Below, one piece after another: positions 1-12,173 of a DNA stretch of 64,000 nt (position 1 is its first letter; every line of letters begins with the position of its first letter). Below the pieces are notes generated by a model, which was given only the letters and a program-made list of their open reading frames with translations, did not search any database and was not told the origin of the DNA. Source of the stretch: Acanthaster planci (Eukaryota); the NCBI RefSeq assembly GCF_001949145.1, contig NW_019091359.1, positions 765,838 through 829,837 of the forward strand, written 5' to 3'. A program made the position numbers and the translations under genes.

Positions 1-4
1 TGTC

Positions 5-171
5 TGTCCAAAATGCTGGCGACATTTAGTCCTGACATTGTTGTTACGTTGAGGTTTCTGTCCCAAATGCTAGCGACACCCTGTCCTGGAAATGTTGTAA
101 GATTGAGGTTTCTGCCCGAAATGCTAGCGATACTTTGTCCTGGAATTGTGTAATATTGGGGTTTCTGTCCT
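5..171. repeat. Degenerate ~54-bp minisatellite, about 3 copies, probably continuing left of the window
   Basis: Unit tgtcc-aaatgct-gcgac...ttgaggtttc recurs at 5, 59, 113 and partially at 166. Confidence 0.85.
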
Positions 172-849
172 GGACGACATTTTCTCACGCTCCTGGAATT
201 CACAATTACTGCATTAAAGCCAAGAGCTCAAAATACACTCAAAAACGGTGGGAACGTGAAAATAAGGCAAAACCAGACATACGTGCATTTTCAACAGCAG
301 CACCACAAAAATTCCAGGGGCCCTTTAAGTTAATAATATTTTGTAGAGTAGGTCTGGGGTTGACATCGAGATGTAACATTCATTCCAAAGTGTAAATGTG
401 GGTACCCCACACTGATTTTTTTTCCTTTAGGTTTAGCTGGGAAGAACAGGCTATTGCTGAAGACTACGTGTGCACCGACAGAGACCACCAAAAGCGGCTG
501 TAGCCACTTCCAATAGACACTTTTGCTACATGCCGGCTTCGGTTAAAACTGTATGGGGCTCCCTACGAGTGCTTCTGTCAAAAAGTCAGGGCAAGTTCGG
601 CACGAATCGTAGTTTCACTGCTTTTGATTCACTGCTTTTTAATAATTATGCACAAATTTTGTAAAATCTCACCTGTATTCATCTTTTTTGCCGTTGCCTG
701 TTTGCAACTCTCGTGGCGTTCGTGATGAATAACATTTCAGACAATTACTTTATTGTTTCGAGATTTATTTTGCGTCGGAGAGATGTTCATTTTACTTACG
801 GGTTTTTCCCTTACACCGACCTGCATCTAACAACACTGCATTGTCAGTG

Positions 850-945
850 CTAAGGTCGTGGTTTCGATACTCATCGGAGTATTAAGCTTGTGATTTTTTT
901 TCTTTCACAAACTCTCGGACAAGCACTGAGAAAACAGTTTTATTA
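850..945 (+). mobile_element. SINE-like dispersed repeat fragment, related to 9465-9550
   Basis: Shares aggtcgtgg-tt-ga...ctcggacaagcac...acagt with 9465-9550; degenerate B-box-like start. Confidence 0.5.
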
Positions 946-1546
946 GATACACGTCGACGTGGGGGCAAAACCCTTAAGTATAGAATGAGTGGTTTTTATT
1001 GAGCTGAATACGTTCTGGCAGAGTTAGGCCGAGTCCGATACGAGCTTCCAGAGCTACGGCTAGGTCTATTGTCTACGCGTCTCCACGCATTTCCAATGGA
1101 GCAAAGACCTAGACCTAGCTCTAGACAACAGATGGGGATGCAGCCTTAGTTTAAAATTAAATGCACTTCTAAAAGCATACTTCCAAAGATCACAACGGCA
1201 TTAAACATACAACGCCACGAATTAGACAAGGATGCCAATTCATGTTCTGCGGTCAGTGGGCTGCGGGTAAAGCGAACAAGATGTAGCTGTGCGCGGTCAG
1301 AAATTAATATTTGGCAATTAACGCGTGCTTATACTTGTGGGGGCGTGGTACCCTCAAAAATACATGTTCACAGCTACTTATCTGGTATCACAGCACAAAA
1401 CTCACGCATTCTCAACAATCTTCCATTCTTCCAAACGGAAAACAATCGGGGAAAACCTGTAAAGTTTTTCACAAAACACTAAAAAAAAAGGACAAAATTA
1501 CAGTTTCAGCAGATGAAATACACAGATAATACGGGCGATTCACAAT

Positions 1547-1686
1547 TAGTGCGCCACCAAGATTTTCCAACACGTTGGCCAATCACAATGCGCGAAATTT
1601 GTTGACCCAATGCGCGTATGAAAAGGGTCGACAAATTTCGTGCGTTGTGACTGGCCAACGAGTTGCAAACTCTTGGAGGCGCACTA
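1547..1686. mobile_element. 140-bp hairpin MITE
   Basis: 62-bp inverted arms (tagtgcgcc...gaccc / gggtc...ggcgcacta), ~8 mismatches, 16-nt spacer. Confidence 0.8.
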
Positions 1687-3553
1687 TCGTCCGTATTCAA
1701 AACATCAGACGGCGCCAATGCATGTCATTTTTTCAACGTATAAGTAGAAAAAAGGGTTGTAAAAAGCAAACAGCAAAGGGTTGCAAGCTAATGTCCTTCA
1801 ATACCGGTGATGCCTCCCTTTCATGTTAGCCAGCCCCATAATGACAGACCACTTGCGGGCTCAAAAAAACAGAGAGAAGTTTTTGGACGCGATCCCTGAA
1901 TAACCTTCTGCAGAAAAGCTACGTGCCTTCTCCGGTTGCCCAAATAAGGTTGTTGAACTGGCTCGCCCTGAGGACCTCGATGATTCAGAAGGGGGGGGAA
2001 GGAAGGGAAGGGGCAGGATTAGAAAGATTTGTCATTGTTTCTAATTCCTCTGAGGAAATCAGCAATTTTTCCCCGTCCTAACCACCTGGAGAGGTACAAG
2101 GTGGCACGGCGATGCCAGAGCCTTGACCCGAACGGAAACAAGCAGTCATAAGAATAAGGATTAACTGGTTAATTCTATTCGGGTGTGGCGCCACCCAAAG
2201 GTCAGGAGGTAAAAGACAGACGATGGACAAAGCAAAACAAACACACACACAAACACCCCAACAAACGTATAGACAAACAAGCGACAGCAACAAAAGATGA
2301 TAATAATCACAGGGGTCAGAGTAGCGCTTTTGGCACATTTTTTGTTAATTCTGAAGGAATTCAGAAGAAGGACCTTGCAAAAGCTGGACAAAGAAGCGAC
2401 CTTGAAAAAGGAAAGCGGTCATTTTATCGGAAATTTCTTGACGGTGGCAATTATGCTACTGTTAAATTCCACACAGCATTCACCCCATTTTCAAAGGAAA
2501 AATATTCCCGCACAGCAACGTAGCCAGGAAGCAGTGAATGGCAAAACATAACGACCTGAAGACTTCAAGAGAAAATTCAGGACGCTGATAAACGAAAAAA
2601 AATCGGGGTGGGAAGTAGGTTATTACAGGAAAAATAGGCACAATGGCAGTGGATCACAAATTCAAACTTGGGATGGTGGAAAATGAACAATAAATGCTGT
2701 GAATATTTTGTTGCAAAAATACCCCCACATCATCCGTTAGCGTCCCCATAGCTTCCTTGTGTAATTGAACCTAGACAGGGACAAACATTCTGCCTTGAAA
2801 AGCCTAGTTACGCACCTGTTCCCATGGACAATTTCTCTTCGAGAACGTTTGTTTCGCCAGCAGTTTTTGTTTTGTTTTTGTTTTTTCCCGTTTTCTTCAG
2901 GGGCTTTATTGCTAAATAAGGTGCCTACTTCATTTGAAGTTTTCCTTGAAACCCTTAAAATTACACCCAGTGCATTTTCATGATTTTTTAATCAAAGAGT
3001 GCAAAACAGCCATATAGTTATAGGTTTGTAATTTCAGTAAGGAAGAAAACGGGAAAAACCTGTACGTGAGAACATTTAACTGAGGAGTTTCTGCCACTTA
3101 CTGAAGGGAATTTGCACTGATGCAAACATAAACGTTCAAGTTACATTTGTCAGTTGATTTTCTGTTGGTGTCATTTTGATCATCAAATGAAACGTAGAGG
3201 CACCTTGCGCATCAACACCTGCACCAAGCGCTACGTATCCGTCAAAATCGTTGCCGAAGCGAGTCTGACGGCCAAACGCACACGTGTTGTGTTTATATGG
3301 AGTCAGTTTTTGTGTCTATGAAAGTGAAACGCGTGAACGCATCGTGCACGAAACGCACCAAAAAACATGCACAGGGGAAGGCGCCTTATCTATTTACATT
3401 TCTTCAGAATGAAAACAAATGTAAACATGAATATTCAACTGGGAAATTATATGGCATCAAAGTAGAACAGATTGTTGTCCCTGAACCCCCCCAAAAAAAC
3501 CAAACAAACAAACAAACAAAAAAAACCACACAAAAAACACAAAAACCACAAAC

Positions 3554-4738
3554 TATGGTGTTCCATATGTGCCATTAAGCGTCGCATTTTTCAACGGGCG
3601 TCGCATTTTTCGACCGGCATCGCACCTTTCAACCGGCGTCGCATTTTTCACCCGCTGTCGCATTTTTCAACCGCCGTCGCATTTTTTCAACCGCCGTCGC
3701 CTTTCAATGTGAATAAGCCATTAATCAACAATGGTCAACCTTGGTCCAGCTGGACCTGAAGTTGTTGACTTGGATGCTAAAAGTGTGCGTACATATTTTT
3801 AATGATTATGGAAACGGCTAAATTAGCATGTATGCGTCGACTAACTGTATGTAAATAAATTAACAGCCCTTAAAGGAAGCTTTTGAGTGAAAAATGTCCA
3901 CGTACTGATGATTACTAGTTGCCACAAAAATCGAACCCAGTATGGTAGGCCCATTGTTCACTCTGGTTGGTATGGTATTTGCCATCTTGCAGACATGCTT
4001 CCCGAGGGAGCGTTTATCGCAGTACGGTCTTTAATAAAATTTAACTACTCTTGGCGAAGAAATGGCACGCGCCATAACTTTGAGAAATTTGACGTTTTCT
4101 TGGTTGAAAGAAGTTGTCAGCAATACAAAATCATGCACAGTTTTCCGAAAATACTTTTTGAACCATGAAGATCTGTCCAGAGGAAGCCAAGACTGATCTT
4201 ATTTTTTCATTACAGTAGTAGAAAGGTATTTCACACATTGGAAGCTGTTCAGGCAATGGTCCATGGTTCAGGCATTCCCCCGGTGGAGGCCGTCTAGTCA
4301 TAGGCTTGAGATCATTTATCTTTATTTGTTGCGGGGCGGGGCTTGTGTTTATTGCTCAACGAAATGACTTCCCAAGGTCTTGAGGACTGCATGTGGATTT
4401 GGGTTTGAAAAGTGTCACTGTTTGAAAAGGCTGTTTCGTCGTAGCTGCTGCTTCTTGATTGAACCTGAGGTTACACGTACATGTACATGCGTTTCTGTCT
4501 AATTTTCTTTTTTCTGTGAAAAATGTTGCCGTACGTGTGAGAATCTCCACAACTTATAACTTCAATCTTTATTAGACTAGTTTTCTATTGTTTTATCATA
4601 AGCTGGCGGTACCGGTGATGGACGAGATCCTGGCCTCCATAGGTCTTTCCGATGAAGTAATGAAAAATGCGACGCCCGTTGAAAAATGCGACGCTCGTCG
4701 AAAAATGCGACGCCGGATGGCACATATGGAACACCATA
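3554..4738. mobile_element. Non-autonomous TIR DNA transposon with subterminal ~19-bp tandem repeats
   Basis: Perfect 22-bp TIR tatggtgttccatatgtgccat (3554-3575 / 4717-4738); inward arrays of gcgtcgcatttttcaacc-like units, ~7 left and 3 right in inverted orientation; no transposase ORF. Confidence 0.85.
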
Positions 4739-5394
4739 CATGTCTGTGGGTTCCAGTCAGAGAGAGCAGCTGTCACAGCGCCAAGCGGCTTGCATTGTGA
4801 ATGAAGAGAAGGAACAGACAGGTCCACTGCCCCGTCCAATTGGCGTCCTAACCAGACATAAATGAAATATAACGATCAGATATTGCTTCGCTTCACGAGA
4901 TATTTATTGTTTAATCAAAACACTACATCTATATCTTTCTTCCGGGTTTGCGGGCGGGGGTAGGATTGGATAGTCTATGGGGCTTGCTGCAGACACGACC
5001 AACCCACACCCAACCCGCTGTCTCGTTCCCCTGAGAAACACTCAGGAGTTTCATAAAATGATTTTTAAAAAGACCCATCTGAGACTCTTAAAGCCCTTCC
5101 GCTAAGCTATACACCGGCAAACATCCCCCTTGCAGGTCTGTGACCTGGTTTAAATCTCTTCCAGGGTTTGGCGAGAGACTATTAAGTTTTCAGAAGGCCG
5201 GGGGCGTACCAGTGCGAGTTGTATTTTTAAGTGGTTCCCATCACCTGACAAAATGATCATGATTAAGTTAGGTTACCGACTCAACATGTTAATTTTTTTG
5301 GAAGTATGTGTCAGGAAATCTAATAGGCTAAAATCCTCAGAATTCTTTTGACAAAATAACAAACAAACTTCTGCGATTCCTAGAAAGGGGAAAC

Positions 5395-5472
5395 CATTAA
5401 GAATGAGGTTGGAAAAGTTAACAAGAAAATGACATTAAGAATGAGGTTGGAAAACTTAACAAGAAAATGACA
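5395..5472. repeat. 38-bp tandem duplication
   Basis: cattaagaatgaggttggaaaa(g/c)ttaacaagaaaatga x2, one mismatch. Confidence 0.9.
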
Positions 5473-5605
5473 CTCGAATACCACAATGTGCATTATGGAT
5501 CATCGACACCCTTTTATTATGTTCAACAAAAAAGTTGCTGCCACATCTTTCAGTAAAGAATCAATGAAGACACACTTACACAGTAATTGATGGAGTTTTG
5601 ATAAA

Positions 5606-5858
5606 TGTGACCCAATCTGTGAAAATGAGTCTTAAGTTGCAACAGCCACTTTGAAGTAAAAAGTCCTTTAGATTAATTTTGCACAGTGTAAATCAATAGG
5701 GACCCACAACATTTTCACCATGGAGTATCCACCCTCATCAGAATGCCAAACTGAGTGATACATCAAAACAAAAAACTCAGTCTGCTCTTTCCAATACAAA
5801 TGAAAACTCAAAAAGTGGCTCTGGTGACTTAAGACTCATTTTCACAGAGCGCGTCACA
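5606..5858. mobile_element. MITE family A, copy 1
   Basis: TIR tgtgaccca-tctgtgaaaatgagtc-taag / cttaagactcattttcacagag-g-gtcaca; interior is the reverse complement of 27423-27666. Confidence 0.85.
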
Positions 5859-6377
5859 AATAACAATGGATGACGTATGTGACTGTTCTAAAGGTTTACG
5901 TCAAACAGTTCTCCCGAGTGGCAAGTCCAATCTTTTTGGAGAAAAATTCAAACCAAACACTGCCTCACCGGGCAATGAAGGGCATTTGGAGTCACAAGAT
6001 AAATAGAGGTTATACGCTACTGGTGTCTCAGAGGTTCTTCTTTGTAACTTTAATATTGATGCAATGAATGCACTGAAAGTTTTCTCAAGCGTACTACAGT
6101 TGCAGAAAGAAATACCATCTCACGTGACGTCATACGCATAATGTCTATTCAAGGAAGTGGCGAAGAATTCTTTTCTCTCTACTCGCTGCGTGTGTCTATC
6201 TTGAACTTGAGGTATCACGCTCAACATCGGTGACGCTGGGGTCGGCGAACCATACTTCATGCCGATTCTCGTACTGTTCGCCTTGGAGCCTGTTTGGGGT
6301 TACGGATATTTATTTTATTTACGAAGCCCTTGTACTGTTGGCACAGTTTTTAACATTGTTAGAAAGAGCGACGTCCC

Positions 6378-6908
6378 TTAGACGGGTCCTCCTGGGAAGC
6401 CGGCTCCTGGGGTGCTGGGTGGCTGTGGGGGGTTCCGATCAATCTCACAGACGAAGGAGTTAGCCTGTGTACAGGGTGCAAAGGCCCACTGGTTGGTGCG
6501 GGTGTCCTTCAACACGCAGTTCCCATTCCGGCCTGCCTGGTCAAAGTTGCTGTAGCCGGCGGTCTGTGGGGTTATGCCACCAGGCCAGGCGAGGGCGCCG
6601 GATCCAAGTGGATCGCCCAGGGCCATCCAGATGTTGGGCGGGTTGGGGTTACCCTTCGGGCCCAGGAACCTCTCTAGCCGCCGGTCGACCTCGGCCGAGG
6701 GGATCGTCACCAGGGTTGAGCTCGCGCCGGTGGCGCAGGACGAGAACCTGGCGCAGTAGTCGCTCGCATCTTGCCAGGGCAGCGCCTCCTTGAAGAACTG
6801 GTAACATTTTTCGCCGCTGCCGGACCAAAGCGGCGGACAGTTACGCAGCTGGGCCGCACTCAGGCTGGCGGCCAGAAGAACCAGCAAGCATGTCGATAAG
6901 GCATTCAT
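6378..6908 (-). CDS. Secreted C-type lectin-domain protein, spicule/skeletal-matrix-like, 176 aa, intronless CDS
   Basis: ATG 6908 in good context (aagATG), signal peptide MNALSTCLLVLLAASLSAA, long-form CTLD (CPPLW...KCYQFF...W..A..YC...LVTI.S.E...IWMAL...W..G...YSNF...NCV...W...C...FVCE), Pro/Gly-rich tail; GC-rich coding island; minus-strand AATAAA ~60 nt after the stop. Confidence 0.9.
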   Translation of the reverse strand: MNALSTCLLVLLAASLSAAQLRNCPPLWSGSGEKCYQFFKEALPWQDASDYCARFSSCATGASSTLVTIPSAEVDRRLERFLGPKGNPNPPNIWMALGDPLGSGALAWPGGITPQTAGYSNFDQAGRNGNCVLKDTRTNQWAFAPCTQANSFVCEIDRNPPQPPSTPGAGFPGGPV

Positions 6909-9464
6909 CTTGAACGCTTGGGTCTGTTTGGTAAACCTGGGTACTGGTCCGTGTCTCAGACGATCTGCACCTCGAATGCAGACCGGCATGCGATAGCTAA
7001 AAAACTGATGACCCGAATTCTCTCAAACTTTGCAAATCCCTGTGCCCATGCGCAGCAAAGCTTCCAGTACAGCCCACTGGTTTGAATATTCATCGATGAT
7101 GATGACCTAATAATATACATATGCAGTGCTTAGAATCTGGTCACATTTGTCGTCTTCATATGTAACTTCACACAACAGGAAAACGGAGACTCAGACATCA
7201 TCGTAACCAGAACTAATTTTGGATCTACGCAGAATTCTGTTGTTGCCCATTAAAAAACCTCCTGTTTGCGCTCAAGAATATCTTATTCCTCTTGTGGCAT
7301 TGCCGCACGAGTTGCACTAGAAAGTATTTAAGACAAAGTCTTCGGAACACTCCCGTAACCTTGATTCTTGCTCGATTCTGAATGGGAGTGCCGATTGAAC
7401 TATGACATTTTACTTATTCGCTAATAAAGCGACTGAGCCTAATATCCGAATGCACTGTTCGTGAGTGAAAAGAAAAGTAGAGGTCGAAGAGAAAATCTGC
7501 GCAGCCGACGCTGACATCAACTTCGTGATGGTCAAACGATAAAGTATTTCGGACACTTGTGTCACAATGCAAAAGTCAGTTCGAAGGGGGGGGGGTTGTG
7601 ATACAGTGGTCAGGGGAGGGCTGTTTGACCACTCAATGTTTTCACCTCTAGGAGTGTACATAAATTTGCCTTCTCTTCGATTTTTGTCTGGTTTTACCTT
7701 TGATGGAAAAGAAAGGGGGAAAGCCCTAACTACCATTAAGTATATTTTCCAGGGATCTGAGTTTTTCCCTGTATTGACACTGCTGAGTTCTGCCTGTCTA
7801 TTTTACAACGGTCATTTTTGTCAAGTCAAATACACATTAACCATTTCTCAAGTGCTGGATCCCCATATCGATTAGTCGATGAACTCTGAATATTCAATCT
7901 CGAGGCACATTCATTAATATAGCTTGCAAAAAAGTCGCAATCTAAAGAAAAGTACAACCGAATCAATCTGGGTGGTTGAAAGCGTTAAGACTCTACAATG
8001 ACATTGTGAGTTCCATTTTATATTTAAAGGGAAAAACCGAGCACAATACCTATCACTGTATACGACCCGTAAAGTACAACGCATTCAAATGGCACATAGT
8101 CTGCAAGTCGTGATTATTTTTCAGATCTAGTTCTTTTAAGAACTTGTTTTCGATCTAAGTTACGCTGTTTGGAATTTGGACAAGCATGAGATGCCGATTC
8201 CAAATTGTACCTAATCAGCGATGTCAGTTAAATTCTAAACACCACGTTTTAAACCCGTGTATCGGTAATCGATAGGCCAAGGTCATAGAAAACGCATCCA
8301 ACCTCTCCCATGTTAATATTCGTTGCAAAGACGTTATCACTATTAGAATCGATATTGCAGCGTGTTACCTCGTGCAGATTCAGAGAGGGGAAAGTCATCG
8401 AAAGTTGTGAGTCACGGAGCCGGCTCCTCAATGAGTAGGATGGCGGTGCTTGGCACGGGCTCAAAACGGAAATACGCCCCTTATCTAAAACGGGCTGAAC
8501 CTAGAGGAACAGAGGACGTGCCTGGCAGGGACAGGTCAAGCAAAGGCCAAAGGGAGAGATCGAGGGGTTCTGTCCAGGGTTCTGTCCAGGCTTCCAATGA
8601 GACTAAACGGGCGTGGCGGAGTGTCAGGCCCTGTTCCATTGCATTTGGTCACGTAGATGCTTTCCCGAAATGTCTCGTCTTGTTTGTGAAAGTGCATTGC
8701 GTATTTTCTGTTTTATAACAGGTGAAATACGTAAGAGTAAAAATTTACTCCATCGAAGTGAACAACCCCCTCTCACTGAAACTAGGGACGAGACGAATTC
8801 CAGTGAAATTTAATCAATCGAGTGGATCATGATTCCACTTCAATGTCCACTGCATGGAAGAGGTTCCTTTTATAAGCTAGGCATATTTGAATCTACATGC
8901 AAAATGATTTTGAAAGATAGAACATTGAGTCCTTACTTTCACTCTTTCAGACTTCCAGGGATCAGTTAGGAGGATTGTTGAAGTAAGAGAAAAGGAAGAG
9001 AAACGTGATAGATAGGTCCAAGTTGGTTGGTTGCCTGGTGGGTTGGTTGATGAAAAGAAAGCAAAATTACAAAGCAAACTCTCAGGACAATTTTTTTTCG
9101 TCATGTGGAGTTATTTTGCGACAGTGTGACAGTCGATCAAGAGAAGGCTTCGTGTCGAGGCAGGCCTATATAAAATGAACTCTGAGAACTTTAACAGTTG
9201 TATCCTCCGACAACAGGTTCCAATTTCGTCTTTTGAAATCTCGGCTGCGCAAGGAAATCTATGAGGACACCAGTGCCGGTTATTATAGGAAATGCTGCCA
9301 ACTACAGTCAATCAATTCTTACCTTTGGAGGGGAGGGCAAAGGTAGTCAAAAATACTTGAAAACTTATCGGTATATACCACGTTAGTTGAAAATCCGACA
9401 TCCAGAACGTGTCTAAGTCAAAATATTATGAAAAAAAGGTTTTAAAGACGTCTGCATTTGTAAG

Positions 9465-9550
9465 CGGAGGTCGTGGGTTTGAGTCCCATCCGAGTAAGTT
9501 TGTAAATATTTTAGAAGGTCTCGGACAAGCACCAAGCATACAGTATTTAT
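9465..9550 (+). mobile_element. SINE-like dispersed repeat fragment, related to 850-945
   Basis: gggtttgagtccc B-box-like motif and shared downstream sequence with 850-945. Confidence 0.5.
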
Positions 9551-11058
9551 GATACGTGACTGTAAGGGCAAAGTGGTGTTGAACGTGCAGAAAGACTATA
9601 CAGAACTTGTAAAGGTTATGAGATGCAAGCCACCCTGACCCACCTAGGATCCCTTTAAGCAACGGGAACATCGCTGAAACCCTTCGCACAAAATTGCCAC
9701 TGGTTTCGCACCAAGAATGACTCATGATTAAACACGCTCCAGCTAATGTGTTCAGAGATCTCTAGACCTGGAGAACATCAGCGAACCCATGTAACGAGAA
9801 ATGTTGAAGATTGAGCTAAAAAACCGGAAATGATCAGGACTTCAGAAAACATGTCTTGTATCCTGGGAATTTGTGAACTTAATTTTTCTTGAGAAGTGCA
9901 AATTTAGTTTTAAAAAAATGATCCGTGAAAAGTAATTTGTAACCTAGTGTCCACTGCCCACTATACACTGCTTAAGTTCTTTAATTGTAAATGCATGTGG
10001 AATCAGATGAAATGTTTCATTAAATTTTATGCTGAAAACTTCGATAGTCACTTTGCGAGTTTGGGGTGGAATAATTATTTTTGGAAGGAGCGTCAATTTC
10101 AAAGGTCTTTTGTTCTATTCACCGACTGGCCATCAACTCATCGTATATCATCCCGGGTTCCAAATGCGCACCATCTACTCACATTCAACAGTCACGCCCG
10201 TGACAAATCCAGCCCGTCGACTGCAAGCTTCCAGACCGTACACATATTGCCCTCATTCCCGTCCATCTTCTTACTAGATCTGCCACTCTGCTTTGGAAGA
10301 GGTTTATAGCTTCGTATTTCAAGCAATGGACTGATTTGCGCACGAACCGATCGTGCTCCTAAACCTTACTGTTTTACTCCAAACTGTATCCAAACTACGT
10401 ACAAAACAAAATGCACCTAACATTATGTTTTAAGCATCGAATTCCTGTGGGCTGTCCCATGAGCTTTCAGGCTAGAGAAAGACCTAAAACTACATGCTAA
10501 TGCTGTAAAATTATCTTCCATCAGAGCACTTTGTGGCATGTAGACTGGATGGTTTGTAAAAAGAAGGATGGAAGTTACCAGCAAGTCTGCCACTTTGTAT
10601 GAATGAAAACGGGGAATTCCAAATTGCTCCATTTTGCAATGGATTGCAGGCATCAAATTTTCAAAATGGCGACGGGCTTTGCGACTGCTTTTGAGGGTGA
10701 TCATCTCTGGGAAGAAATAAACTCAAAAGTCATCGGTTAAGCCACTCAAAATTGCAGAAAAAATGCAAATGAGACGACGAGTTTCAATTTGCTATGTGTT
10801 TTGAATACCTGGGAAACTTGTATCTTTCCTGATGTTTTTGAAGCGAGGGTATTTATCACTACATGTACTGTCTACAGCAGCCTATGCAGCTGGTTTGCAA
10901 GCGGCCAAGAAGCGCCCTCTGATATCACAAGAGGGCGTTCTACAATAGCGGCAGTGCAGTATGGGGCCGGGGATACCGAATCCGGGTAACAGTTGATTTA
11001 CGTGACTCCGAGAGTGCGTTCACGGTTATTTTCCTCAGAAATCAGAGCCAACGCAAAG

Positions 11059-11106
11059 ATGAGCAACAAAAGCGGAGAAAAGGAGAAAGAAGGAGGGCCG
11101 TCAATA
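11059..11106 (+). CDS. C11orf58: SMAP exon 1 (MSNKSGEKEKEGGPSI)
   Basis: aagATG in a CpG-rich region, phase-0 donor gtaaga matching exon 2; sequence itself not conserved. Confidence 0.7.
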
Positions 11107-11801
11107 GTAAGACAGGCTTCAAAAAAGGGCACTTGAACGGAAATGATTGTGGCTAGAACATACAGTGGATTTCCATGATCAGGGTGATGATCATGAATGT
11201 GGATGCAGTGTAGGCCTACTGCATGACCGTCACCTTGATGACGAGGCTGTACATATGTACGTTGTGGCGTACATATACACTGTACATGTACATCATAGGC
11301 CTAACACTAGCCTGCGTTAAAACTGATGTATGTAGGCCGAGGCCTATTTTTCATTCCTTCATGATCTGATCATGTGCCATGCCAGCCGTAATTATGTTGT
11401 ATTAACTTGTATTGCCATGATTAGTTGAGGTGATTCTACCACCTCGACTAATCACGGCAAAGCAAACTGGTAGGTCTAGGCCTCGTACATAGGACTGGCA
11501 CTGAACGCAATGGCATGGTACCAGTCTGCTTGGCCTATCATCATGACCTGTCCATGTTGCAAATGCTGGGAGTGCCAAAACCTCTATGCTAGCCTACTGA
11601 CAATGGTGGTTACACAACAAAGGTTGAACGACCTGACAACTTGGCAAGATGTGATTTTCAGTTCTGCAATCAAAATTCAGGATGTATCAATGTTTATTTC
11701 AGTAATAAATGCAAAAACACAGTACTGATTGCCAGCCATCTTTGATCATATCCCAGTATCCTCTGCACTATATGCATATCCCGTCGAATCTATATCATGA
11801 G

Positions 11802-12173
11802 CTATATATGCAATCACACGTATGAAGCCAAACCACTGTTCACAACCATGCACAATGCATGCCATCTAGAAGCTCAACCAACCATAAAAACGTCACGTGT
11901 GAAATTTGGCACCGATAACATTCAGGCTTTATTTTCCTGCAGAAGAAAAACCCTCCCTGTCCACAATTTGGACCCAGGATTTGAACCCACACCCCATTTA
12001 TCACAAACCATTATGCTGTAACCCCTTGACTACCGCAATTCACTCAAGTTGACAGTGTTTTTACTGTTGATATACCGATGAACTCCTGCAAGGCAAATCT
12101 AATATACATTGGACATGTGCAATACAAACACAACCACCGTGGTTTGGCTTCATATGTGTGATTGCTTATATAG
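11802..12173. mobile_element. MITE with ~35-bp TIRs and an internal tRNA/SINE-like segment
   Basis: ctatatatgcaatcacacgtatgaagccaaaccac / gtggtttggcttcatatgtgtgattgcttatatag; internal ggatttgaaccc (minus-strand B-box-like) near 11977. Confidence 0.8.

Noticed and set aside
3576..3710. CRISPR-like short repeat array
   Set aside because: Units are contiguous with no unique spacers, sit inside TIRs, and the DNA is eukaryotic with no cas genes
6909..6989. 27-aa N-terminal extension of the lectin ORF from ATG 6989
   Set aside because: The second ATG (6908) has better context and directly precedes a clean signal peptide
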